This document shows, one piece after another, positions 9,202-17,902 of a stretch of 40,094 nt of DNA (the first letter of the stretch is position 1; the number at the start of each line of letters is the position of its first letter). The position numbers and the translations under genes are program-made. The stretch spans positions 1 to 40,094 of the forward strand of contig CAZFVY010000061.1 in the NCBI GenBank assembly GCA_964522665.1, written 5' to 3'. The notes under the pieces are model-generated. The model did not search any database. It was not told the origin of the DNA and saw nothing but the letters and a program-made list of their open reading frames with translations. Origin of the DNA: an uncultured Verrucomicrobiota bacterium (GTDB lineage Bacteria > Verrucomicrobiota > Verrucomicrobiia > Limisphaerales > CAZFVY01).

Positions 9202-10404
9202 ATGATTGCGAATGATCCCTCGCTGGCGGCTCTGGGGACGCCTTCCGTGGCGCCGACTGAGGCCGTGGTCACCGTTCAAGGTTTGACCAAGGTATTCAAG
9301 GATTTTTGGGGCCGCCCGAAGGCGCGCGCCGTGGACAACGTCTCGTTCGAGGTTCGGCGCGGCGAAGTGTTCGGTTTGCTTGGGCCGAACGGCTCTGGCA
9401 AATCGACGACGGTCAAGATGCTCCTCGGATTGCTCTACCCGACGCGCGGGCACATTGAGGTATTCTCGCATTCGCCGCGACACGTGGCGACCAAGGCCCG
9501 CATCGGTTATCTCCCCGAGGAATCGTACCTCTACCGTTACCTGGACTCGGAGGAAACGCTGAACTTCTTCGGCAATCTCTTCAAACTTTCTGGCAAGGAA
9601 CGTCAGACGCGAGGCGAGCAACTCGTGGATATGGTCGGCCTCAAACAAGCCAAGGGCCGTTTGGTGGGTGAATTCTCGAAGGGCATGCAGCGGCGCATCG
9701 GTTTGGCGCAGGCGCTGATCAATGACCCCGATCTGGTGATCCTGGATGAACCGACGGCCGGCTTGGACCCGATCGGCTGCCGGGAAGTGAAGGACCTGAT
9801 CATCGCGCTGGCCCGCCGGGGCAAGACGGTCATCTTGAGCAGCCATCTGTTGGCCGACGTCGAAGACGTATGTGACCGCGTGGTGATTTATTACGGCGGC
9901 AAGATTCAGGCGATGGGCACCCTCAAAGAATTGCTGGCGACACCCGACGCGATGCGGATCACCACGCCCTTGCTTTCCCGGGAGACCACCCAGCGGGTCC
10001 TGGCCGCGTTGCGGAGCGACGTCGCGGAGGACAAGGTCCGCATCGACACGCCGACCCAAAACCTCGAAAGCTATTTTCTTGGCGTGGTGCAGAAGGCCCG
10101 CCAAGCCGAGGCCGAAACGTCGGGCGCGACCTCGGGGAATCGCGTGGCGGCCTACCTGCGCGGCGACGCGGACGCCGGTTCGCGGAGCGAGAAGGTGCTG
10201 GATCGTCTGACGCTGCCGACCGCCGCCCCAACTCCCGCCGCGGTTGCCCCGCGTCCCGTCGAGACGGTGGACGTGAAGAAACTGGAACAGTTGGCCCGAC
10301 CGGCCGAAGCGCCCGCGCCCGCCCCGGCTCCGGCGCCGACCAAGACGGCTGACCTGTCGAAGGCGAACGAGAAACTGTCCGCGTTGACCGGCCCGCCCAA
10401 ATAG
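9202..10404 (+). CDS. ABC transporter ATP-binding protein (ABC-2 type) with a C-terminal Ala/Pro-rich low-complexity tail
   Basis: Walker A GLLGPNGSGKSTT, signature FSKGMQRRIGLAQAL, Walker B LVILDEPTAGLD, H-loop SSHLL. The C-terminal ~110 aa are AP-rich (PAPAPAPAPT). Confidence 0.9.
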   Translation: MIANDPSLAALGTPSVAPTEAVVTVQGLTKVFKDFWGRPKARAVDNVSFEVRRGEVFGLLGPNGSGKSTTVKMLLGLLYPTRGHIEVFSHSPRHVATKARIGYLPEESYLYRYLDSEETLNFFGNLFKLSGKERQTRGEQLVDMVGLKQAKGRLVGEFSKGMQRRIGLAQALINDPDLVILDEPTAGLDPIGCREVKDLIIALARRGKTVILSSHLLADVEDVCDRVVIYYGGKIQAMGTLKELLATPDAMRITTPLLSRETTQRVLAALRSDVAEDKVRIDTPTQNLESYFLGVVQKARQAEAETSGATSGNRVAAYLRGDADAGSRSEKVLDRLTLPTAAPTPAAVAPRPVETVDVKKLEQLARPAEAPAPAPAPAPTKTADLSKANEKLSALTGPPK

Positions 10405-10468
10405 GTCGCCAGACCTCCCGGCGAAGCCGGGCGGTCGTCGAAAAACGCGCGTCTCATCCTCCCAGCTT

Positions 10469-11848
10469 ATGCGGCCAACCCTTGCCATCGCGCAATTGAC
10501 CTTGAAGGCGGCCTTTCGCTACCGGCTCGTCAACGTGCTCGTGGTCCTGTTGCTTGGTTCGGTCGTGGCCCTGCCCATGATCCTCAAGCACGACGGGACC
10601 GCGCAAGGGTTCACGCAGATTCTGCTCACCTATACGTTGAGCCTCATCACTACGCTCCTGGGCTTTGCCACGCTTTGGTTGGGTTGCGGAACACTCGCGC
10701 GCGAGGTCCAGGAGTGCCAAATTCAAATGGTCGTGGTCAAGCCCATCGCCCGATGGCAAATCTGGCTGGGCAAATGGCTGGGCATCATGACGCTGAACGC
10801 GCTGTTGTTGGCCGTTTCCGGAGGCGCCGTCTATTTCATGCTGCAATGGCGCGCGAACCGGCTGCCGCCGGAAGTGCAGATGGCCTTGCGCAACGAAGTG
10901 CTCGTGGCGCGCGGCTCCGCGAAAATGCCGATGCCGGACATCGAACCCGAGGTCGAACGGCTGATGCAGGAGCGCCTCAAGCAAACCACGGTCGCCCAAA
11001 TGGATCGCGGATTTGTGCGGAAACAAGTGCAAGAGCAGGTGAAGGCCCGGTATCAATTGGTGCCGCCGGGGTCCGTCAAGCCGTGGCTCATCGATCTCGG
11101 CTTGGCCCGCTACACCCTCAAGGACCAGCCGCTCTATTTGCGCGTCAAATTCAACGCGGCGGCGAAGAGCGCCTCCGGAACCTTCATCGGCGTGTGGCAG
11201 GTCGGGCCGCCGGAGACGCCCCGCGTCTGGCGGGAGCAAATGAACCTGGCGCCGGAAACCTTCACCGAGTTTGAAATCCCGCCCAATCTTTTCGACACCA
11301 ACGGGGTCCTGACGATCTTCTTCATGAACCCGAACGACACCGCGTTTATCTTTTCGCCCGACGATGGCCTGGAAGTGCTCTATAAAGTAGGCGGGTTCGG
11401 GGCGAATTTCGTCCGCGGCGTCGGCATCATTTTTTGTTGGCTCGGGCTGCTGGCGTCGCTCGGACTGGCGGCGTCGAGTTTTCTCTCGTTCCCGGTGGCG
11501 GCGTTTGCGTCGGTGGCGGTCTTGATCGTGGGACTTTCCAGCGGCACGATCGCGCAGGTGGTTCAGGAGGGGGGCGTTTCGGGAGTGAATCACGACACCG
11601 GGGTCATTGACACGCCGACGCTCGTCGATTTCGTGCTCTTGCCGATCTTTCGGCAATTATTGAAGCTCGTGAACTTGGTGGAGGGGTTTTCGCCGGTTGA
11701 TTCGCTCAGCACCGGCCGCAGCATCACCTGGCTGGAGCTGCTGCAGGCTTTTTCGCAGATTGTGCTGCTGATTGGCGGAATTCTGGCGGCGATTGGAATG
11801 ATCAGCTTTTCGCGCCGCGAGCTGGCCACGGCGCAAACTCAGCAATGA
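10469..11848 (+). CDS. ABC-2 family transporter permease with a large extracytoplasmic loop
   Basis: N-terminal TM helices, a ~180-aa soluble loop, C-terminal TM cluster. Directly downstream of the ABC ATPase, and its stop overlaps the next start (ATGA). Confidence 0.6.
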   Translation: MRPTLAIAQLTLKAAFRYRLVNVLVVLLLGSVVALPMILKHDGTAQGFTQILLTYTLSLITTLLGFATLWLGCGTLAREVQECQIQMVVVKPIARWQIWLGKWLGIMTLNALLLAVSGGAVYFMLQWRANRLPPEVQMALRNEVLVARGSAKMPMPDIEPEVERLMQERLKQTTVAQMDRGFVRKQVQEQVKARYQLVPPGSVKPWLIDLGLARYTLKDQPLYLRVKFNAAAKSASGTFIGVWQVGPPETPRVWREQMNLAPETFTEFEIPPNLFDTNGVLTIFFMNPNDTAFIFSPDDGLEVLYKVGGFGANFVRGVGIIFCWLGLLASLGLAASSFLSFPVAAFASVAVLIVGLSSGTIAQVVQEGGVSGVNHDTGVIDTPTLVDFVLLPIFRQLLKLVNLVEGFSPVDSLSTGRSITWLELLQAFSQIVLLIGGILAAIGMISFSRRELATAQTQQ

Positions 11849-13338
11849 GATCGTGGCGCGATAGATTCTACAAACCCGCTTTGGCGGCGTTGATGGTCGT
11901 GCTCCTCTTCGGCGTGGCGGGCGTCCAAAAAGAGCTGAACCTGGATCGCGCCCGGCTCGGTTTGACGCGGGTCGAGCCGTTGGAGAACGCCCCGCCGGTG
12001 CTGGCTTTCACGACCGTCGCGCTGGGTGGATTCCGCGGTCTCATCGCCAACGCGCTGTGGGTTCGGGCGGTGGACATGCAGGACGACGGCAAATATTTTG
12101 AGATGGTCCAACTGGCGGACTGGATCACGAAGCTCGAACCCCATTTGGTACAAGTGTGGATCGTGCAGGCCTGGAACATGGCCTATAATATCTCGATCAA
12201 GTTCAACGATCCGCGTGATCGGTGGATGTGGGTCCGCAAGGGCATCGAGTTGCTGCGCGACGAGGGGCTGCGCTACAATCCGCATGAGACGCTCATCTAC
12301 CGCGAGCTGGCTTGGTTTTATCAGCACAAGATGGGGGCGAACATGGACGACGCCCACATGTATTTCAAACAGGCCTGGGCGGAGGAGATGGCGCGCGTTC
12401 TCAAGGGTGGCCACCCGAATTTTGACGAGTTGATTCATCCCACGTCGGACGACGCGCGCGCGCGCGCCAAGATGTTGCGGTCGGTCTATAAACTCGATCC
12501 GGAATTAATGAAGGAAGTGGACGAGCGGTATGGGCCGCTCGAGTGGCGCCTGCCCGAGACCCACGCGATTTATTGGGCCTCGGTGGGCCTGAAGAATTGC
12601 CAGACCGAATTGATGACGTTGCGCCGGGCGGTTTATCAGTCGATGCAGACGGCGTTCCATCGGGGGCATCTCATTGAGCGGACGTTCGAGTTCAGCCCGA
12701 ATCTCGATATCATTCCGAAGGTCAATGCCTCCTACGAGGAGATGATGGCCGCCGACGCGGAGAATCGGGAGCACATCAAGACGGGTCACCGGAATTTCCT
12801 GCTCGACGCCGTGTATTTTCTTTTCACCGAGAACCGCCAAACCGCGGCGCAGCAATGGTTCAATTACCTAAAGGAGAAGTACCCCGACGCCCAACTGGAC
12901 AAGCCGCCCACGCCCATCAAGAACATGACGGTCGATGAGTACGCCGTCGCGCGCGTGAACGAGGAAATCGGCGACACGTCCGTGGACAAAACCAAGCTGG
13001 TGATCGAAGGATTTTTTCGCAACGCGTTTTACAATCTCGCCATCGGCGAGGAAGAGAAGTTCGAAGGTTTGACGCGCATGGCGCAACGGATTTGGAGCCA
13101 CTATCAGGCGCGCATCGCCGGCGGCGAGAAGCGAATTGGCCTGCCACCGCTCGCGCTGTTGAAGCAGGAGGTGCTTGATGGCCTGCTCAACTCGACGAAC
13201 GGGATCGACCCCAATTTCAAAGCGGCTCTGCGCGGGCAATTAGGCATCGGCCAGCCCCCCGAGGCAGCGCCGGTGACCAATGCTCCACTTTCTGGAGTTG
13301 AGGGAACGAACGCTCCTCCCGCGAAGGCGCAGCCGTAA
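11845..13338 (+). CDS. Hypothetical protein, N-terminally membrane-anchored, Trp-rich soluble domain, translationally coupled to the ABC-2 permease
   Basis: ATGA overlap with the upstream permease. Single N-terminal TM (ALAALMVVLLFGVAGV). I recognise no family signature. Confidence 0.5.
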   Translation: MRSWRDRFYKPALAALMVVLLFGVAGVQKELNLDRARLGLTRVEPLENAPPVLAFTTVALGGFRGLIANALWVRAVDMQDDGKYFEMVQLADWITKLEPHLVQVWIVQAWNMAYNISIKFNDPRDRWMWVRKGIELLRDEGLRYNPHETLIYRELAWFYQHKMGANMDDAHMYFKQAWAEEMARVLKGGHPNFDELIHPTSDDARARAKMLRSVYKLDPELMKEVDERYGPLEWRLPETHAIYWASVGLKNCQTELMTLRRAVYQSMQTAFHRGHLIERTFEFSPNLDIIPKVNASYEEMMAADAENREHIKTGHRNFLLDAVYFLFTENRQTAAQQWFNYLKEKYPDAQLDKPPTPIKNMTVDEYAVARVNEEIGDTSVDKTKLVIEGFFRNAFYNLAIGEEEKFEGLTRMAQRIWSHYQARIAGGEKRIGLPPLALLKQEVLDGLLNSTNGIDPNFKAALRGQLGIGQPPEAAPVTNAPLSGVEGTNAPPAKAQP

Positions 13339-13367
13339 CCCGAGCGAAGCGGAGGAGGCCGCGCGCC

Positions 13368-14327
13368 TCAGGCGGTCAAGGGAGGGATGGTTTGGCGTTT
13401 CCCTTGGATAAACTCAGCCACCAGGGCATTGGCCAGGCGTAGCTGCTCGGGGATGCTTATTTCTGGACGTTGATATAGCAACATCAATACGACGCTCAGG
13501 AGATCTCCGGCGCCCGCGGCGTTTACCATGGTTTCGACTGGCGCCGCGGGTTCGATGGTCAGGACCCCGTCCGAATAGTAGCCGGCGCCGCTGGCTCCGA
13601 GATGCACGACCACCCCTTTCACGCCCCAATCAAGGAGGCGTTTCAGCGCGGTCTCGAGGTCGTCGTCGTCCGTGAAAGCCAAAAGCTCGCGCCGATTGCC
13701 GTGGGCGAGATCGACCCACGGCAGCGCCTCGCGGACGGCTTGTTTGCGGGAGCGTATGGCGTCAGCCCCGGCGGAACCCCAGGCTGGGTCCCAATTCAAA
13801 TCGAGCGAGACCGGGACGCCGGATTCCTGGGCCAACCGGAAGAGCGCCTGGTTTCCGCCGAAGAGCATCGGTTCGGAAAACCAAACGTCAGCGCGGAGCA
13901 GGTGCGCGTGTTGGTTGAGTCCCGTTAGATCGAGGTCGGCGAAGGCAAGCGTTCGGCTTGCCGGCAGGCAACTGACAAAGTGTCGGTGGCCGTTCGCGAA
14001 CGCCAGGGCGATCGAGGTGCCCGTCGGCTGGTCCGCGGCGCGCGCCAGGCGCGGCGTCAGTCCGTGGGCGGCCAAGGCGCGTTCGAGACGGTCTCCCAAT
14101 CCGTCGGCGCCTATTTTTCCGAGGAACGTGACCCGCGCGCCGAGAGCCGCCGCGGCGCACGCGCTATTCGCCCCGCCGCCGCCGATCGTTTCGGTGATGG
14201 AATCCACCGATGTTTCACCATCGGAAAAGAGATTTTCGCGCGGCGCGAGGGGCGAGGATTTAACGTCACGATTGACGTTGCCAACGACGCAAAGCGAGGC
14301 GCGGGAGAATGGGGATTCACGCTTCAT
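13368..14327 (-). CDS. PfkB-family carbohydrate kinase, probably D-glycero-beta-D-manno-heptose-7-phosphate kinase (HldA / RfaE domain I-like)
   Basis: PfkB motifs: N-terminal LCVVGNVNRD, GGGGANSACAAAALGA, C-terminal NAAGAGD (DTxGAGD-type). Sits immediately downstream of gmhA, which supports the heptose-pathway assignment. Confidence 0.75.
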   Translation of the reverse strand: MKRESPFSRASLCVVGNVNRDVKSSPLAPRENLFSDGETSVDSITETIGGGGANSACAAAALGARVTFLGKIGADGLGDRLERALAAHGLTPRLARAADQPTGTSIALAFANGHRHFVSCLPASRTLAFADLDLTGLNQHAHLLRADVWFSEPMLFGGNQALFRLAQESGVPVSLDLNWDPAWGSAGADAIRSRKQAVREALPWVDLAHGNRRELLAFTDDDDLETALKRLLDWGVKGVVVHLGASGAGYYSDGVLTIEPAAPVETMVNAAGAGDLLSVVLMLLYQRPEISIPEQLRLANALVAEFIQGKRQTIPPLTA

Positions 14328-14677
14328 GCGTGAGCGCCTCCTGAACCGCCGCGAGCGAAGGCATGGAGGTCCGACCGCCGGGCTTTCTGACGGAGAGTGA
14401 CGCGGCCATGGACGCGAATTTGAGGCCGTCCCACCACGGCAAAGGGCGGAGCAAGCTCCCGGCGAGCGCGGCGGCCGTATTCGTCATCGCCCACGACGCT
14501 GGCGAAGGCGGCGCGGACACCCCCGAGCGCCAAGAGATAGGCGGCGTTGGCGGCCGGACCACCGCCGGCCTCCAGCAATCGTTCGATCTCCGACTTGCTG
14601 TTTTCGGTGGAGAATTCGGCGACGAACGCGCTTCGATCGTGCGAAGCGTGCCCGACGCGTAACACGTCAACCGCCAT
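14324..14677 (-). pseudogene. Degenerate partial duplicate of a PfkB/RfaE kinase N-terminus (117-aa ORF, probably a remnant)
   Basis: The first ~85 aa (VLRVGHASHDR..EAGGGPAANAAYLLALGGVRAAFASVVGDDEYGRRARRELAP) parallel the N-terminus of the adjacent kinase (VVGNVNRD..IGGGGANSACAAAALGARVTFLGKIGADGLGDRLERALAA). The rest reads as out-of-frame, non-protein-like sequence. It overlaps gmhA by 11 bp and the kinase by ATGA. Confidence 0.3.
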
Positions 14678-15257
14678 GGGTTGCCAGATCTTCTTTCAGA
14701 AGTTGCATCAACAAGTGCTCGATGACGAGGTGAACGCCCTCGGTCTGCGGCGTCGAGTTCGCGGGCACGAGAATGGAGCAGGCGCATTCGCGGTGGAGCG
14801 CTCCGCCATTGAAACCGGATAGCCCAATCGTCGGAGCGCCGATCTCATTGGCGAACCGAATGGCCCGCGCAACGTCCGCTGAAAAGCCGTCGCCGCCATG
14901 CACCGAGACGGCCAAGACCACGTCGCTCGCGCTCAAGAGTCCGCGCATTTGATTGACGAAAACGTCTTCGCGCGGCGCGTCGTTCGCCCAAGCGGTGTAA
15001 AGCGGGACGTTGTCGGTGAGGCAGAGAACGTCGAACGGACGTCCGCCGGGGGGAATGACATACTTCGCGAGATCACAGGCGAAATGTTGGGCGGTGGAGG
15101 CGGAGCCGCCGTTGCCCAGCGTGTAAACCCGGCCGCGCCGCCGGTGGCAATCGAGGAGAATTTGTTTGGCGGCGACGAGCGCCGTAGCGTCGAGCGCGCC
15201 CAGCAACCGTTTGGTTTCGTCGAGGAAGGCGGCAATGCGGGCGACGTCGTCGGGCAT
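14667..15257 (-). CDS. gmhA: Phosphoheptose isomerase (SIS domain), GmhA
   Basis: 196 aa, a typical GmhA length. SIS/GmhA signatures include TLGNGGSASTAQHFACDL, VLAVSVHGG and the IGLSGFNGG cluster. Confidence 0.85.
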   Translation of the reverse strand: MPDDVARIAAFLDETKRLLGALDATALVAAKQILLDCHRRRGRVYTLGNGGSASTAQHFACDLAKYVIPPGGRPFDVLCLTDNVPLYTAWANDAPREDVFVNQMRGLLSASDVVLAVSVHGGDGFSADVARAIRFANEIGAPTIGLSGFNGGALHRECACSILVPANSTPQTEGVHLVIEHLLMQLLKEDLATHGG

Positions 15258-15281
15258 GGCGGGTCGGACGGCGGCGGGCGT

Positions 15282-16202
15282 TTACGGTTTGGCGGCGGGC
15301 GCCGCATAGCCGGCCGTGGCGCCGCCGTCGGGGAGGAGTTTACCGCAGGTCCAGAGCAGCCCGTTGGCGACGAGGCGGAGGTAGTCGGGGGAACCGGCGG
15401 TCTTCATATCATGGCCGAGCGTGGTCGCGAAGACCCGCCCGGCGCCGTATTGGTAGGTCCAGCCGACGATGTGTTCCCGGCCGTCGCGCGGGCTTTTGGC
15501 GCGGAGCAGGGGATGGGATTGCGGATCGATGGAGATGGTTTGGTAAAGCTCGTCACCCGGGGTCTGCCAGTCATCGGGGAACGCCTTGGTGATCGGACTC
15601 GCGGGGTCGAGGCGAACGACGGTAAAGGGACCGTACGGGTCGTGCACTTTGGAGCGCATGCCGCAGCAGGTTTCCCATTCGTGGATTTTCGGCGACCGGC
15701 GGAAAGCGTGGACCGCGCAATGAATCATGACGGTTGGCTTGCCCGAGCGGGTGGCGCGCAAGGCGTTGTCCAGAAATTCATCGGGCGCTTCGTCATCGCA
15801 TACGTCGTACACGATGGCGTCGTAGCCATCGGCGAATTTCGGATCTCGCAAAACGTCCAATCCAAACTTGGTTTCGAAATTCGCATTGACCAAGGCATGA
15901 AGCTGACTCGTCAGAAACGGCGCCAGTTTTTGGTAATCGTGATAGCCGCCGCCGGTGACGAAGAGGACCTTCAACGCCGCTTGGCCGGCCGGTCCCGCGT
16001 CCGCCGCGAACCCGCGCGTCGTGGCGAACAGGAGGCCGGCGATAAGGAGTAAACGGATGGTTCCACGCCGTTGGGCTGGGTCCGCCCGAGTCGGGCGGCC
16101 AGGTTGGCGGGATTCAACTGCATATAAATCTTCAACTGGAGGCGCGTGAGCGTGAGAGGAGCGCCTTGGTTGAGCGACGAGGCTTGGAAATAACGCATTC
16201 AT
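15282..16202 (-). CDS. ThuA-like (trehalose utilisation / class-I glutamine-amidotransferase-like) secreted protein
   Basis: KVLFVTGGGYHDY..DAIVYDVCDDEAP..VGWTYQYGAGRVFATTLGHD match the ThuA family. Hydrophobic signal-like segment RRGTIRLLLIAGLLFATTRGFAADAG. The ORF-finder start (16319) is an upstream extension overlapping the divergent gene. The first in-frame ATG is at 16202 (MNALF...), and the N-region is unusually long, possibly Tat-like. Confidence 0.7.
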   Translation of the reverse strand: MNALFPSLVAQPRRSSHAHAPPVEDLYAVESRQPGRPTRADPAQRRGTIRLLLIAGLLFATTRGFAADAGPAGQAALKVLFVTGGGYHDYQKLAPFLTSQLHALVNANFETKFGLDVLRDPKFADGYDAIVYDVCDDEAPDEFLDNALRATRSGKPTVMIHCAVHAFRRSPKIHEWETCCGMRSKVHDPYGPFTVVRLDPASPITKAFPDDWQTPGDELYQTISIDPQSHPLLRAKSPRDGREHIVGWTYQYGAGRVFATTLGHDMKTAGSPDYLRLVANGLLWTCGKLLPDGGATAGYAAPAAKP

Positions 16203-16406
16203 GTGAGTCGGGTTGAATTGATAGCCTGTCGCGCGGGTGGAACACAAACCGAATCCGTGGAAAATGGGGCGCCTAAAGCGGCGGCTCCGCTTGAAGACCG
16301 TTCGCGGGGAGATTACCATCCCGGCGTGAATTCCCGTGGAGAAGTTAGGCAGCCCAGGCGCGCGTGGCGGTCAGTTCGCGGCGTGGTCGGCGCGGTGGTA
16401 TCCAAG

Positions 16407-17609
16407 ATGCCTAAGCGCGGAGACTGGAACCGACGACTTTTGGTCGCGTGGATTTGGGGAGCGGCGGTCACCAGTTTGGCGGCGACGGATTCGTCCGACC
16501 GGCTGATTGGTTATACGGAGATGCGGACTGATCTTCCGGGCGGACGACATGCGAACGTGCGGACGATGCGCGCGGTGGTGTCGCGGGCCGACGGTTCTGG
16601 GCGCCGGGAGATCGGCGGCGCGCTCGTGGACGACCCGGATGCGTGGACCCAGTTCGCCGGCTGGTCGCCGGATGGCCGTCAAGCCATCGTCAGCCGGGGC
16701 TGGCAACAACCAGAGAACAGTCGTTGGGAGGAGGAACACCGGACGTTCCGGATGGAGCCGGGCAAATGGATGCTTGATTCGTGCCTCGTCGATCTCGAGA
16801 CCGGCTGGCTCACCAACCTTACCGCCGTCGAGCGCGTGAGTCATTACAACGGCGGGTTGTTCTTTCTTCCCGACGGTCGAACGCTGGGATTCACGCCGCT
16901 CATCCAAGGCGTGTCCAAGCCGTACTTGATGGACCTCGACGGTCGAAACAAGCGTGATGTTTCGGGCCAGGGTGGCGGATTCGCGTACGGCTATAGCGCG
17001 TCGCCGGACGGGCGGCAGATCAGTTACCACGAAGACTATCAAATATACATCGCGAACGCCGACGGCTCCGGAAAAAAGCGGATCGAGACGGGCAACGCCT
17101 TCAACTTTGGGCCGGCTTGGTCGCCGGACGGCAAGTGGCTGCTATTTCTAAGTGGCGCCCGCGGCCGGAGCAATCCGTACCTGGTCAAACGCGACGGATC
17201 GTCACTGCGGAAGCTCGTTGATCTGAACGCCTACCAAGGCTGGATTCTCTTTCTCGACGTGCCCGATTTTCACGAGGGCAGCAGTGATGTGCCGGTTTGG
17301 GCGACGGATGGCAAATCGGTCTTTTATACCGCGCAAGTTGGCCAAAGCGTCGAGTTGTTTCGGACGACTTTGGACGGACAGGTGATGCGGCTCACCCATA
17401 CTCCCGAGGGGACACTGCACTATCATCCGCAACCGTCTCCGGATGGGCGCTGGATATTGTATGGATCGAAACGAGCGGGCGTACGCCAACTCTTCCTTCA
17501 AAGGCTGACGGACGGGGCGGAGCGCCCGATTACCGTTTTGACGGCGGGCCACGCGGCGATGTGGCCGCGCTGGCAGCCGGACAGCGCGGTCGGTCGGCCG
17601 GCTCCGTAG
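16407..17609 (+). CDS. TolB-like WD40/PD40 beta-propeller repeat protein, secreted
   Basis: Repeated SPDGRQ/SPDGKW/SPDGRW PD40-type motifs. Signal peptide MPKRGDWNRRLLVAWIWGAAVTSLAA starts at the internal ATG 16407. The listed 16203 start overlaps the ThuA gene. Confidence 0.75.
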   Translation: MPKRGDWNRRLLVAWIWGAAVTSLAATDSSDRLIGYTEMRTDLPGGRHANVRTMRAVVSRADGSGRREIGGALVDDPDAWTQFAGWSPDGRQAIVSRGWQQPENSRWEEEHRTFRMEPGKWMLDSCLVDLETGWLTNLTAVERVSHYNGGLFFLPDGRTLGFTPLIQGVSKPYLMDLDGRNKRDVSGQGGGFAYGYSASPDGRQISYHEDYQIYIANADGSGKKRIETGNAFNFGPAWSPDGKWLLFLSGARGRSNPYLVKRDGSSLRKLVDLNAYQGWILFLDVPDFHEGSSDVPVWATDGKSVFYTAQVGQSVELFRTTLDGQVMRLTHTPEGTLHYHPQPSPDGRWILYGSKRAGVRQLFLQRLTDGAERPITVLTAGHAAMWPRWQPDSAVGRPAP

Positions 17610-17902
17610 AGGGCCGCGCGAAAAGTAACCGTCCGACGTGAGTTGGTTGACGGCTCGGCGATTGGGGCTGCCGCCCCAAGAATGCGCCGACTTTTGGGGC
17701 CAGATCCCCCATCCGGCGGCTGAGGTTTTGAGATTAAGTTTGCGGGGTAAGAGACTCGCCAGGGGGGAGTTACGAGCAGTTTCGCCGCTTGATTGGGAGT
17801 GGGAGGGCCTTCGCGGGAGCAAGTTGGTACGCCTTGTGCTAATCGATTCCCGTAACTCTGCTTGAGAATGAGTATGAGTGATGCAATGAGAAAGGCTTCT
17901 TT

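Noticed and set aside
10294-10345. GC-rich simple repeat (GCGCCCGCGCCCGCCCCGGCTCCGGCGCCG) considered as a possible CRISPR or VNTR element
   Set aside because: It is in-frame coding for the (AP)n tail of the ABC ATPase. It is a single locus with no spacer-repeat periodicity.
8414-10488. Antisense ORFs 8414..9133- (239 aa) and 9124..10488- (454 aa) opposite the P-type ATPase and ABC ATPase
   Set aside because: The sense-strand genes carry canonical Walker / P-type motifs. The antisense translations are Arg-rich nonsense.
13339-13367. Short GC palindrome (GAGGC-cgcgc-GCCTC) between convergent genes as a bidirectional terminator
   Set aside because: Only a 5-bp stem and no flanking T/A runs, which is too weak to call.
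14317-14787. 156-aa minus-strand ORF overlapping the gmhA C-terminus and the kinase-fragment ORF
   Set aside because: Non-protein-like, Pro/Ser/Arg-rich sequence in a third frame. Superseded by gmhA and the 14324..14677 frame, which at least shows kinase-like motifs.
14898-16052. 384-aa plus-strand ORF spanning gmhA and ThuA antisense regions
   Set aside because: Gly/Arg/Ala-rich with no motifs. It overlaps two well-supported minus-strand genes.
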